The notes beneath the pieces were generated by a model that did no database searches, was not told the origin of the DNA, and was given only the letters and a program-made list of their open reading frames with translations. A DNA stretch of 64,000 bases from Haliotis rubra (taxonomy: Eukaryota), in the NCBI RefSeq assembly GCF_003918875.1, contig NW_025767612.1, forward strand, positions 2,294,001 through 2,358,000. Reading direction: 5' to 3'. Positions 12,790-26,625 of this stretch are shown here, piece by piece; the stretch's first letter is position 1, and each line of letters begins with the position of its first letter. Made by a program: the position numbers and the translations under genes.

Positions 12790-14184
12790 ACAGTCTGGTG
12801 CTGCATAATGGAAGGTGCAGTGTACGCACAAAATACCAAAACAAACCTAACAGGCTTTAAAATTTATACTAATATCTAAAGATAGATTTCAACATTCTGA
12901 TAAAACATGAAATATCCAAAGGGAGATAACTCTGGAGTTACTAATTTTGACTTGTGAGCCACTTTTATAAAGCAAAGCAATATTTATATAATTATGTAAA
13001 TCTGTAAGAAAATAGTGGTCACATTATGTTTGTTGTGTAGAGAAGATACTAACAGTATTGAAATATTTATTCAGAATGTAAAGTGAATGTGTTGGTTGTG
13101 AGAGAAAGCATGGTAACGGAGTGTTTATTCAGTCATGTCTACAGCAGAGATACATATCAGTATATGTACAATTAGGATTCAGATTTGCAGGATATCTTAT
13201 CTGTGTGGCCAGTGAGCATCTGTGGAGACTTCCACCATTAGTAAGTCTGTGTGTTTGATCAATTATCTGCAATGAGTGATTCAGAACCCTTGTTGCAGAA
13301 TTCATTAGGATCTGGGTGACCGGTGATATTCATGTCAACGTTTAATGATGAGAGTGAAAATTTATTTGATTTTGATGTTAACAGAAAATGCTGTTTTTAC
13401 CTGTAGGTATTTGCATTTATGTTTTGGTGAACGTGTGAAAGGCAGACCAGAGTACGAGGGAGACACAATTTTGCCACAATAAGCTAGTCCCCAGCTCAGT
13501 TTGGACTAGTAGTAGTAGCTAATGTAAAATCAGTAGTCCTTACAAATTTTCACAAATCTCTTATCACAACACTGTTTTCCCGTTTCTATCCATGTAAATA
13601 AAACCACCTTGCAAGACAGGTTTTGTTGATCACGGTATTAAATGTAACTTTTGGAATAAGAGTCTTTCCTCATCAGTACTCCTTTCCTTGCCTCTTTTAA
13701 AAATTGTGTTTGTTATCCAACAGCTTGATGAACTTCTTGCCATATTGTTAACTGGTTCAGGATGTAGGGTGTTTATCTATGGTGGTAGACTCGTCTTGAT
13801 GGAAAGGAGGAACATCATGGTGACAAGGGACATAACTCTGTGTTTTAAGGCCCTTATCAGGGAAAAAATAAAATTTTATGTATACAACTTTGTTTTGTGT
13901 TATTTATGGGCACTGGAATATGCTTTTGCTTAAAGACTTGCTGCATCATACACAGATCTAAGGTTTGATTCCTGATGTGGATGTGGAGTGTTAAAAGTTT
14001 AGGTATTAGGGTCAGCTGTCCAATGTGTCTATATTATTTGACCTCTATAATCTGGAACCTCATAAATATTTTATATTTAACATTGGGGTTGTAAAAGGAA
14101 CCCTGGATTTTAATGGCAAATCTTGAAAACTGGGTTTCCAGTTACACACAACATGTGTAGCCCATTCTTTGTGTCATGTCTGGG

Positions 14185-14426
14185 GTGAGTGAGTTGAGTT
14201 TTACGCCACACTCAGCAATATTCTAGCTATATGGCGGCGGTCTAAATAATCGAAGTCTGGACCAGACAATCCAGTGATCAACAGCAGGAGCATCGATCTG
14301 CGCAATTGGGAACCGATGACGTGTCAACCAAGTCAGCGAGCCTGACCACCTGATCCTGTTAGTCTCCTCTTACGACAGACAAGCATGGGTTACTGAAGAT
14401 CAATTCTAACCCTGATCTTCACGGGT
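14185..14426 (-). mobile_element. SINE-like family B copy
   Basis: TSD gtgtcatgtctgg. Confidence 0.85.
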
Positions 14427-15479
14427 AGTGTCATGTCTGGTATATTGAAAGGTCATGTTGTTTACATGTTTTGATTCAAGCACCCTTTGCATCACACTAA
14501 GACAACATGTATTTTACTCTTAAAGTTCGATAAAGAAACTGGAACAATTACTCAATTGTACATTTTCCGTGACATCACAATACCTGTGATCAGTGATGGT
14601 TGTTGGGCAAGGTCACAATGCCCTGAATCAGGTGTGAACTGTCTGATTATATCCTGCCGTCCTGACAGTATTATCATAATGATAACCCACATTTTGAATG
14701 ATGACCAAGTGTGCACTCTTTTACAGATACAAACTTAATGTGGACAGTGTCCTGTGTAATTCATGCGGTTATTTATTATTAACTTCGGTGTGTTTTCCAT
14801 GGTTTGGCTTTGTGGCTCGTTTTGTTTTGAAACTGCGAACATATTCTTATATCAATGAATAATTGTTGAAACGTCCCAGTTGGTATAATTTCATATATGG
14901 TAATTATTTTCAATAACTCCCACACCATATGTAGCTGCTTGAACAGCCTAGATTGCATGGTTAGACATGCTGGTTGTATAGTGCTAGGTAACCGATGCCT
15001 TGCTACCATTAACATTGACACAGCCCACCAAACCACTGCTCTCGGGGCAGGCACTATCCATCTCAGTGTGAGTTTAGTTTTATGCCACTTTCAGCAATAT
15101 TCCAGCTATATAGCGTCGGCCTGTAACAATCCAGTGATCAACAACATGAGCATTGATCTATGCAATTGGGATACGATGACATGTGTTGACCAAGTCAGCA
15201 AGTCTGACCACCCGATCCTGTTTGGATTTTTTGGATGGATGCCACTTTGAACAATATTCTAGTTATCAACATGATCAAGGCTGTTAGCTCTATGTGCAAG
15301 CACAAAGTCACTTAGATCACAGATGTTTCCCACTTCAGTGAAACCCAAGGGTATGGTGTAGACAAACCTTGAAACATAATCGGAAGGGACCAAGATTTGA
15401 ACTCATGACGATCATGTCGGAAGGTTCAAAGAGTCCAAAGTGTTGTATTGTATGTTTTGAATGGTGCTGACAGGACCAG

Positions 15480-15630
15480 AGTGAATGAGTTTGGTTTTAC
15501 GCCGCTTTGAGCAATATTCCTGCAATATCACGGCAGAGGACACCAAAAATGGGCTTCACACATTGTATTCAAGTGGGGAATCGAACCTGGGACGAGCGAA
15601 CGCTTTAACCACTAGGCTACCCCACAGCCC
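15480..15630 (-). mobile_element. SINE family A copy
   Basis: Matches the family consensus and is flanked by aggaccaga on both sides. Confidence 0.75.
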
Positions 15631-17611
15631 AAAAAGGACCAGAAGGATGATTATGGTGAATCCATGAGCAATTGATCCTGATGGGGCCAAGGGAGAAAAC
15701 TTTTATAGAAGCAGAGCATCATGTGCCACTGAGCCACCATGCCTTTCTCTGTTCATGTACAATGAGTGAGTGAGTTTAGTTCTATGCCACACTCAGCATT
15801 ATATCAGCTATTTGGGGTCAGTCTGTAAATAATAAGAGTCTGGACCAGACAATCCAGTGATCAACAGTTTGAGTACTGATCTACGCCGTTAGCCGCCTCT
15901 TACTGACAAGCATGGGTTGCTGAAGATCAATTCTGACCCGGATCTTCATGGGTATCACATGCACAATGAAGACAATTTGTATCATTATGTTTATTGTGTC
16001 ATAGAGAATTGATTGATGCAAGTATTGCATGGTCTCAAAATTGCCTCATATTGCATCTCCTGGGGAAATATTCACAAATAGATAAGAATGAGTATATGTC
16101 AGTAAATCATATTCAAATAAAATGTCTTTGATCTATTACAATTCTTAGTGCAAAAACTTAACTCTTAACTTCAAGCTCAATTTCATCAGTACTGAACCTA
16201 ATTATAACAATATACAGACAAACTATTAAAAATAAGACTTCTCCACTTGATTAAAAGATACATTTTCTTTACACAGCTAATTTCCTTCTCTCTGAACCTT
16301 CATGTGAGCAGGTTTCAGCAGATGGAATTTTTTCAGAAATCTTTGGGGGTTGCATGAGTTTAATCCAATGTTTAGAGCTACCTCGGTTTTAGATAATTAA
16401 CAAGAATTACCGATCGTTTAAAAATACTTGATCATTTTTGTTATCAGCTGTTCAACGCAGATATACTGAAAGTATATGTGTACTTTGTATGTAAACATTA
16501 TGCGTGAAGCTCTAAGAAAGGCAAAGCTGATCTGAAAAGGTTTAGTTATTGACTTCACTGCTTTGACATCCATTGTTTGTTTTACACTTATTAGGTTGAT
16601 TTTCTACAAATATGAGGCGTTCCCACACACATTCTTGAAATATTTCGTTGGAAAGTAACCCTGCATCTTGAGCCCTATATTAGTTGTAACCAGTCAAAAG
16701 TGTAAAGTTACCAGGTTATTCATTCCCATGTAAAGGTTTCCAGGTCGGGAAAAATATTACCTAGATGTTCAATTCCGCTGTAATTGTGGAAAAGATCATC
16801 TACATTATCTACATATGATTATTCTTTTTATTATCATTTTTTATCATAACAGAAAAATTTACCAGGAAGAAGGAATCCTGTTACTAAAAATACCTTCTGA
16901 CCATGATTGAAAAAAACCCCTAACTTTCCTGAAAGTATCAGCCTCTGGTGACAAACAAAGACGTCTTTTCCTACACAAATTAGCTGCTCACGACTGAAAT
17001 AAAGTACTTTCCTGTAATTATTAGCTTCTGAGGTGAATCGTCTACAAATCATCTGTTTCAGTCATAGATTGTGTTTGTAATCTGACTACTACTTTACAGT
17101 TATATAGTACATGATTCACATGAATAATGTTTCCTGTAATTTGTCCAGCAGATACCTTTCTGAATTCTGTACCATAGATATTATATTAACCAGCACATCT
17201 AAAGGATGAAAATGGCTAAAGAAATTACAAATATTGCTAACAGTCTCACCACTAAACCTGTTGCAACCCCCCTACTTTAACACAGACATATTATCTAAAA
17301 CAGCAGACATGATGCAGTTCTCTGGAAGATTGTCACTATAAAAAATGTTTACCAGTACTTGAAACAAAAAGACTTTATAAAAGTATTTCATGCTAACAAT
17401 TGCAAAAACAACATATGCAAAAAACTAACAAAAAGTAACGCTAACATAAGTTTAACGAAGAGTGATTAAACACAGTCGGGGCAAATAAGGCACCATATAC
17501 TTTTTGATATCTAGTTTCGTTTTGCAAGTTTTGTTGCTGGTTCAGAAAAAGTCTGAGAATTATCATCTCCTAACTGAATATTCCGCCACTTATTGTTTGC
17601 ACACATGGAGT

Positions 17612-20600
17612 CTAAGGCCTGCGTTCTGCATGTTTCAGGACAGGCCTTAGGCATCTTGAAGCGAGTCCTCTTGGTACCAGCTTTGCCCGGAACAATGGGG
17701 GCAGTTTGTCGTCCAGCACAACAAAACACAACTTCAGGGAGTGTTCTAACTTCGAATTAAGACACATATCTAAATAACTTGGAACCTTGTCCATCAACTT
17801 ACAACAAACTTTGTTGAGTGAAAACACAGACTCTATCTTGAGTTCCATCAACCCTTTGTCCGTCTCCTCACATACATCTATGTTGTTGTTGGAACGTAAC
17901 AACTCTGCTACTGGAACTGGGATCAAAGGAATCTTATTTTCATCTTGCTTTTTGATCAACATAACATTGCTAGCATCGATCTGACTCTTTGGTGAAGCCA
18001 TTGTTTCAGCAGAATTCTGTTCGCGAGAAGCCATTGTTTCAGTAGAATTCTGTTCGAGAGAAGCCATGAGGTCAGCAGACGTCAGTTTCACAGGTTTACC
18101 CGAGTTTGCTTGAGCTACCAGGGCAGTGTAAAGAGAAGAGGGGACAACATACACTTTCTTTTGCTGGTTAGCATGGTTTGCAATGTTCAAAGGGGCTCGT
18201 GGAACAGAAGGAACCTGTATAAAATTGGACGAAAATAGTGGAGCCACCGGGACAGTCACATTTGAATTTACAGTTGGTAAATTTTTGGGACAGAGTCTTG
18301 GTTGTACAACATGCACCGGTGCTGACTGAGGGAGCGCATTTGATTTGGCAGTCCCTGACAGATCCTCTTGACGTGTTGATGTAAGGAAGCTGCTTAAAAT
18401 TCTTTGGTTCCTGAGGATGGTCTGCAGAGAATTTTCTTGGGATATTGTTGTGTTTGTGGCCAGTTGTGGAGTCATGGCAGTTGAGATTGTAGTTTTTTGG
18501 GGAGGCAGTACCTTCCGGTAGCTTGGTGTTGGTACCAGTGACTGAACTGAAAACCTTTAGGGAAGCAGTGACACTTTGAGCCGTGCCATTGTGAACTGCA
18601 CTTACATGCTCTTGGCTTAGAAGCTCTGTACTTTTCTTAGCTGAATTTTGCTCTACTGAATTTTGTTCAGAAGGGGGCAAAGAAAACTGTTGATATTCTT
18701 TGATGGCAGTGTCTTCAGGAAGCCTAGTGTTGACCCTTACAACAGAATCTGAATTCTTTTTGTAACTGTGTGACACGCTTCACCACAGTTTGGTTTATTG
18801 CACACAAGTGCTGTTTACTTTGTTCCACTGAATTTGGATGAAGCAAAGTTGTGGGTATTGAAGTTGGATGAAGCAAAGTTGTGGGTATTGAAGTTGTGGG
18901 TATTGAAGTTGTGGGTATTGAAGTTGGATGAAGCAAAGTTGTGGGTATTGAAGTTGTGGGTATTGAAGTTGTGGGTATTGAAGTTGGATGAAGCGAAGTT
19001 GTGGGTATTGAAGTTGGATGAAGCAAAGTGATGGGAACTGAACTTGGATGAAGCACAGATGGGAGCATTGACTTTGCATGAAGTGAAGTTGGGGTCACTG
19101 AACTTGGTTTAGGTGTACTTTTCTGCCTTACAATTTGCTCAACTGAAGTCTGTTCTGGAGATGACAGTTCAACTGAAGTCTGTTCTGGAGATGACAGAGA
19201 AACATTTTCTTTTGGTGTCTCCTTTAATGGTGACATCGGTTTTGGAAGAGGAGATGGCATCTTTGATATTTCTGTCAATCTGGCCACCTCGGTAGAACCA
19301 AAATTTAAACTTTTTTTAACAATTTTTCTACATGGAGAAGATTCATATCCAGAATTCAAAGTTTCCACTTTAATAGATGCTACAACTACAGGACAAGGGT
19401 CTCTGGAGGCATCTGTGTCTGCAGAGGTGTGGCACACTGTTTCACATGTTGTCTGTTTCAAAGTCCCTTCCTTTATAGTTTTATCAATTGATGAAACTTT
19501 TTTGAGATTGGTGGGTCTGGAATTTGAAGGAGCTACCTCCTTCTCCAGAGGTTCTGTCTTGATTTTATTCAACGGAACTGGAAGAACTGAATCTTCAGAC
19601 TTCTGTGAAGAACTTCCTGGTCCTGAGAATGTGGATGTTGTAGATGAACTAGATGAAGGAGAACTGATGCTTTCTTTGTCTTTAACCAGGCATTGAGGCT
19701 GGAAACTTGGGTTTGAAGAAATAGATTTGGTCATGGTTGGTGGAATGAAGACACCAACCTCATGGGGAGGAGATTTTTCCTTCTGATTTGCTTTAGGATC
19801 AGGGACAGGAATGGTTTCAACAGCCACTTCGTCTTCAGTATCATGCAGCCTTACATCTGTTTGTGAGCATGTTTCCTCCATTTCGAGCACAGGGGACACT
19901 TCTCGTGGAGTTACTTTCTTTCGTTTCCTGGGTTGTCTTTTTAAAAGGTTCAACTACTATTTCACATCCATCAAATGGGTCTTTCCTCACTGCTAATGTC
20001 TGTTTTCGTCGAGACGCTTTAGGTGCTGAAGCAGTTTCTTTGGGTACCTCAGCCATCCAAAAGGAGTCTTCTTCTGCACATTTGTGACTGGCCTTTTTCC
20101 GTTTAATCTTGAGTTCTAACTTACTCTGCTCGGACAATGTCTTATGATTCTCCACAGCATTTGCAACTGCCTGAACATAGGCTTGCAGATTGTTTGGAGA
20201 GAATTCTATGGCAAACTTTGGCTTCACCGAGGTTCCAGCAAATGTGATTTTATCTTCTACATTCTCCCTGTGCTGGTCCTTGATGATAACAACAGGCTTG
20301 TCATCATCTTTATCGGCATCTTTCACCTCTGACGTCTTTGTCTCAGTTTCATTTTTTTCTGGTTGCTTTTTATGCATCTCATGCTGCTCTTTGAAATGTT
20401 CTTCAGGGGTAAGCATTTCCAACGGAACTTTGGGAAGAAGACTTGGAAGTTGCTTAGACTGGGCCTTACTGGATTCGTCCTTAGTAACAGATGATGACTT
20501 CTTTTGCTGATTGTTGTCTATTCTGCCCCTGACTTTCTTCAACAAGTTGTTCAGTATTGGGTTGGCAGCAGATGGGCTTTTGTCACTCACAGCTGACTTG

Positions 20601-21744
20601 TCATCTGAACTGATCTCTTTCTTGATCACAGACTTTTTTTTACCAGCAGCATGCTGAGGCTTCAGAATGCTAAAAGTAGTTGACAAGTTGGCAGGTGCGG
20701 CCTGTTCCACTGGGACAAGCTGGAGTTGCCCTGATGGACTTTGGATAATCTGCAAACTGGGCTGTTGGATGACTTGGGGAGTACTTGAAGGCTGTGCAGC
20801 CTCAGGTGGAGCTGCCATTACCTGTACTGCATTCTGAGACTGATTCTGCAAGCTTGGCTGAGGCATGATTTGGGGGTTGCTTGGTGGCTTATTCTTCTTT
20901 AGAGCCTCGGACAGAGCGGTCATTACCTGTACTGCATTCAAAGACTGATTCTGCAAGCTTGGCTGAGGCATGATTTGGGGGTTGCTTGGTGACTTATTAT
21001 TCTTCAGAGCCTCGGACAGAGCGGTCATTACCTGTACTGCATTCAAAGACTGATCCTGCAAGCTTGGCTGAGGCATGATTTGGGGGTTGCTTGGGGACTT
21101 ATTATTCTTCGCAGCCTGTGATGAAGCTGCCATTACCTGTATTGCATTTTGAGATAAGATTTGAATGTTACTTGCGAGAGAATTCTGCAAAACTGAGGCA
21201 CTGGCAGATGGCTGACTTTGCACAATCTGAATGTTTTGTGTGGGTTGGTTCTGTATCACCTGAACAGCATTTGATGCTGGGAAGGATGACGCACTTACAC
21301 ACTGCATAACAGGCAATGTCTGGCCAATCACAGAGGCAGTGCTACCGCCTGCCATGAACTTAGTGCTCGAAATGACATGCAGGGGGCCCCAGTGTTCTGA
21401 AGCATCGGCAGACTTGACATGATCACCGGCGATACTGATGACCCTGGCGATGTGAGGAGCCTCATCGGTCCCTGGCCGACAGATTCAGTACCTTGGGACA
21501 TTCTGGTAAATGTTTGGTTTGGCATTGCGACTGGCACAAAGCCCTGCTGCATTGTGCCAACTTTGGGAATTGGGCCCTCCACACAGCCACTGTTGACAAA
21601 GGTTGTATTTCCTTCAGTCTTGACTTCCGCATTAAAGGAGTGTTGCTTATTCATGATGACATGATGTTTGTATTTGGGAACGACAAAGGTTATATTTCCT
21701 TTAGCTTTGACTTTCTTATGAAAGGATGAGTGTTGTTTCTTCAT
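17612..21744 (-). CDS. Large (~1,380 aa) low-complexity S/T/P/Q-rich putative nuclear protein encoded in one giant exon, with 4 apparent frameshifts
   Basis: Consecutive overlapping ORFs 21328-21744, 19841-21355, 18724-19953, 18168-18776 and 17612-18475 can be joined by 1-nt changes at homopolymers near 21382-21386, 19938-19946, 18757-18761 and 18493-18502. Splice acceptor near 21816. NLS-like PRKRKKV. The true start codon is uncertain. Confidence 0.7.
18828..19065 (-). repeat. Coding minisatellite of 15/30-nt units (TTSIP / LLHPTSIP)
   Basis: aagttgtgggtattg and aagttggatgaagca units alternate in frame. Confidence 0.9.
20810..21145 (-). repeat. Coding 105-nt (35-aa) tandem repeat, about 3 copies
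   Basis: PSNPQIMPQPSLQNQSLNAVQVMTALSEALK repeats. Confidence 0.85.
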
Positions 21745-21932
21745 GATGACACGATCATTGTGTGTGGAATATTTCTTCTTGCTGCATCTCCATGGTTTCT
21801 GTTTTAGCCATTTTTCTGAAAGTAAAAGAAAACAATGTCTATTATCTGTTCAAATTTTCTGTTGACCTTGAACTCCATGTTTGTTTGTTGTTTAAGTCAC
21901 CCTCACAAATATTCCAGTCATAAGAGTAAGGG

Positions 21933-22076
21933 AGTGAATGAGTTTGGTTTTAAGCCGCTTTTAGCAATATTCCAGCAATATCACAGTGGGGGACACCAGA
22001 AATGGGATTCACACATTGTACCCATGTGGAGAATCGATGAGCGAACGCTTTAACCACTAGGCTACCCCACCGCCCC
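21933..22076 (-). mobile_element. SINE family A copy
   Basis: Matches the family consensus. Confidence 0.75.
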
Positions 22077-22229
22077 TTCAGCCATAGGATAACAGTATGT
22101 AATGAATCAAGTCGGAACCAGACAATCCAGTGATTGATACTATGCATGTGTTTCCTTAAAAAGCACAATGTCACACTTTTTCGACAATATTATGGCTTAT
22201 AATATATATATTGGGGCATATGCACTCAC

Positions 22230-22520
22230 CTTAGCTCCCTATTGGTACAATAAAAGACTTATTATCCCTTACGACTTGCCTGAAATCGATAATTGAAACT
22301 TTGAGACGAACAGCCCCCTAACAGATAACACTTGCCTTATATGGAATGTAAACGATTGCTCCGTACATCGAAAACTCTTGGATGCGGTGTTGTCAGTGTT
22401 TGCCGAACTGGCCTCAATCACAAGTTGCGTTATAGGACATTCGCAGAGAGCGTTCCAAGGGACATAACTCTATGGGGTTTGCTTGAAAACTAGTTTGGAC
22501 GGTAGAGGGCGCGAGGGTCC
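22230..22520 (-). promoter_or_regulatory. Putative 5'-UTR first exon and promoter of the 17.6-21.8 kb gene
   Basis: Minus-strand donor AAG|GTGAGT at ~22229, a CpG-richer patch, and the aagggacataactct motif at 22457. Confidence 0.5.
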
Positions 22521-24734
22521 ACTTAACGTTGCATTAATTCATTCGAGCTTTTTAATTTCATATTGTTATCTTAATACGTAATTTTTTTCAGAATAAATTA
22601 TATGGTAGCTTCGCTGGGGGCTAACAGCTAGTATTACTGAGAGAAATGCAATATTGATTTTTAGAGAAATGTGGCATGATAGTGTGCCTTTAATGTGAGC
22701 TTTGAGCACTATAACAAACACGGACACAAAAAATGTGCTCAGGTTTTGCTCTAGACATCAAAGGAGTCACCATGACGTAAAATTATATCTAAGAGTCAAA
22801 GGCAGACATTTGAGAGTTACATTTAATGTTTTTTAAACATTTCAAACTGTTCATGCATATACCTTTGTATATGAAACTAGATTGATTAAATCTTGTTATA
22901 TGTAGCTATTGAACGCCAACTCAGGAAATTAAAAAGGTGTTTAATTATGAAATTGTTTCGCCAATCAAAAGGATCTACCACATTAACAGTTGGTAATTAT
23001 ATATACTTCTGAAACTGTAAGTGAAAAGTATATATACTTCTGACATTGTGAGTATTTTATGCGCCATCTGTGACACAAGATGTATTTCTCTGTGTACTTC
23101 ATTTAGCCTGAATATTACGTCAAACATGCAGGTTTGTGCGTCAGTGCAAACCCTGTGGGCTGAACACATTTGCCACATTGTACCCAAGAGAGGAAATCAA
23201 ACCTGACAAGGAAATGCTTTAACCACTAGGCTACATACTGCATCTATTTTTAACAAGTACACAGTAACCATAACGATCAGAAAGTTAACTTGGTCAGAGA
23301 CTCAGAGCTAAGGTTTAAGGTGCTAAAAAAGCCATCGCTATTTAAAGCCAAATTTATCATTATTCCACACAACACCATCTTTTTAAAAGAAATCTCATAT
23401 GAACCTAACAAAAAAATGAACAAATAATTCCTACACATATGAAAACAAACAAAATGCATTTGAATCATAAAATGGTATCCCAACTATTCTTGTTTACAAT
23501 AATCCTTTGAAAAAATTTGGTGTATGAATTCTGATTCATACAGTTAATCTGGTCTTTTTTTCCTACATCAATGAAGAAAATAAAAAAATACACAATAGTC
23601 AATCCTTCCAATTACTTCATAATCTAATTCAACATGATTCATTAAAATATTTATTTAGATTTGATATTAATGTTCTTTTTAGCATTATCATTATTATTAC
23701 ATATTCTAAGATGCTAAAAGATCAAAGGTGCTGACGGTACTTTATCCGGCTATAACATACACCTTTTCGCATTACATCACTTTGTATTGACATAACTATG
23801 TCCTGAACTATTATAACGTTGCAGCACTCGGACTCAAGCGTCCTCATCCTTTAACTACAATAGTTCAGGGCAAAAGTGAACTTTATTACTCTATACATGG
23901 GGGTAGAGCGAACTGTATTTCTTAAATATAATATGCTAACCTTACTGCCAATCACTGCATCTTTTATGTGCACTAAATGTAATGTTTAGTGAAATGTATT
24001 ATGACGACAGACATGACAGTAAAAATTCTGAAAATTATCCAGATTGACTAATTTCAAGCAATATAGAAACAAAATGATTATGTTTTTCTTTATCTGATTG
24101 TCTGTGCTAGTAATTCAGTGCCTGTGCCTAATATAAGCAGACATATGATATACTAGTATATCCTGTATGGGATAGAAGGTCATAAGAGACATCTTCTATG
24201 AGCTAACAGAAATTTGAAAAAATAACCAGTGTATTTAGTAGTCACATCATTTGGTATATTACTTATCAGTTAGTGTGTACACTAGGTAAGAGCTGATCTA
24301 ATGACTTGGGTTAATATTCTTGATGTGGATGTTATTTTTTTAAAGGGATATAAGACTCTCAACACCGGTCCATGGTGCTCGGAAACCTGACCTTATCAAT
24401 GGATACCCTACAGTCACAATAAATATGTTTCCATTTATACGATACGTAAACGATTCCAGTCACTTTCCTAACAGATAATGGAGGCTTTATTATGACAAGC
24501 ACGAAGGGCAGAAATGACAAATACATCGCAATTCTTTATCCATACGACTAAAGATATTGGCCTATTGGACGGAAGTACGAAGCAAATATCCAACGCGGTT
24601 GTTTTCGAAACTGCTTAGCGGAAACTTACTCTTTTCTGAACCGTCTTTAAGACATGATTTAAACAGTAATGCATTCATAAAACATTACATATTATCTCCC
24701 CGCGCGTTACAAACACAAAGAACAATTGTCATAC

Positions 24735-24890
24735 CGTAATCCGGTCTACCATTTTCAGCCGAGACAAATTGTTGTTCTCTCGTGGGCGGCCATTACTAGC
24801 GGTGTCATAGATATTTTGTTCCCTGTAGAAAACAGTCGCCAGTTTCGGAAATGGCGTCGCTTCCTGTGTCATGTGATTACGTCAAGAAAA
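24735..24890 (-). promoter_or_regulatory. Putative alternative promoter and first exon
   Basis: YY1-like gcggccatt and aaatggcg, ETS-like cttcctg/tcggaa, CRE-like ttacgtca, and a minus-strand donor ACG|GTATGA near 24737. Confidence 0.45.
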
Positions 24891-25410
24891 GGACTTGAAT
24901 AGTGTCAATTTGGCCAAAACGTTATGCGAATAAAATGTTAATATTGTTAACACCACACTGCCCTCTATAATGTTGAAACCTAGCACGATAAGATAAACAC
25001 AAATAATTTGAACGGGTGATCCATAGGGTCTCTGACATTATCAGGCTATGTGATAACTTTAAAATGCATATGAAACTAGTGTTGAGTTCACGCCCTTTGT
25101 CGTCGTATTTCAAATGATGTGATGCAAATGCAGTTATGGGGCGTAAATAAGATGCAAGTGTTGACGTAATATGACAATTTAAAAAATAATCCCGATTACA
25201 AGTTACAAAGTGTAAAGATGCGCTTATAGTACAATATTCAACGTAGCGCAGATCCTTCATTGAAAGGACAGTATGTGCATCATCTTCATTTTTATGTAGA
25301 AACAATTACCAAATTTATTTCATGACGAAATGGATCCAGATATCAATTCGGTACAGCAATACAACAAATACTAGTATGATATCACGATGCGATAATTATG
25401 CAAATAAGCC

Positions 25411-25533
25411 AGGGCCCCGTTTCATAAAGCTCTCGTAGCCCTACGACTATCGTAAGTGAATGTTACAGCGTAGGAGGTACGGTTGTTAATTTACGAGATC
25501 TTAGGCTTACGAGAGCTTTGTGAAACGGGGCCT
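25411..25533. mobile_element. Short MITE (Harbinger-like termini)
   Basis: TIRs ggccccgtttcataaagctctcgtag and ttacgagagctttgtgaaacggggcc. Confidence 0.75.
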
Positions 25534-26387
25534 AAGACTACTATAGTAAATACAGAGGTTTGAACTGACGTCAGACGACCAATAGCTGCAAATAATTTGG
25601 CACTTTATCAAAACTGGATAAGTTTACTAACGTATTGGGTGGTCAGGTGGTCAGGCTCGCTGACTTGGTTGACACAGGTCATCGTATCCCAATTGTGTGG
25701 ATCGATGCTCATGATGTCAATCATTGGGTTGACTGGTCCAAACGTGATTATCTACATACCGTCGCCACATAGCTTGAATATTGCCGAGTGCAGCGTTAAA
25801 CAACAAACAAAACTGACGGGCAAAAGAAAGAACATACTTGGACCTAACCATAACATTAAAAACGCTATCAAAACGTTCCCGGTCTGAAAAAGCAGTCGCC
25901 AAAACACCGCAAACGTAAGGGACCGTTCATTATTTATGGTGTGTGTGTGTGCGTGCGCGCGCGCGTGCGTGCGTGGTGGACTGATGATTTTAAGGGGGTG
26001 AGGGGTGGTGTCACCCATTTTGTCCTGGGGAGGTTACAAAATGTATTTGTATATAACGTATGCTGTTTTGCAAATTAATTACAATGGAACACTTCAGTCT
26101 GAATGAAAGTCTGTGCAGATTTTGACAGATATGATCACAAAACTTCGAAAATGTTAATTACCCAATATACCGGTTCTGAGAAAAGAAACGTTGCAATAAG
26201 TATCGTTTGAAAGGTGTATCGCGCAATACCGGTATATCGGTAATATCGTGCAGTCCTACCTGCGTCTATAATGTCTATTTCTACAGTGAGACAAAAGGTG
26301 TATGATAGTCATATGAAAAACTATGTTTTATCTATTACTCTTTCGTTTTGGCAGTTCTGCATGGATACATATTGAGAATGTTAACTG

Positions 26388-26625
26388 GAGTGAGTGAGTG
26401 AGTTTAGTTTTACGCCGCACTCAACAATATTCCAGCTATATGGCGGCGGTCTGTAAATAATCGAGTCTGGACCAGACAATCCAGTGATCAACAGCATGAG
26501 CATCGATCTGCGAAATTGGGAACTGATGACATGTGTCAACCAAGTCAGCGAGCCTGACCACCCGATCCCGTTAGTCGCCTCTTACGACAAGCATGGGTTA
26601 CTGAAGATCAATATTCTAACCCGGA
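26388..26625 (-). mobile_element. SINE-like family B copy
   Basis: TSD aatgttaactgga. Confidence 0.85.

Noticed and set aside
17511-17729. Fifth frameshifted extension of the large protein
   Set aside because: The ORF ending at 17612 reads as a natural C-terminus, and nothing requires another shift.
18493-21386. Programmed ribosomal frameshifting in the large minus-strand gene
   Set aside because: The required shifts differ in direction and all lie at homopolymers. A similar extra G occurs in an unrelated gene (28034-28037), so consensus indel errors are more parsimonious.
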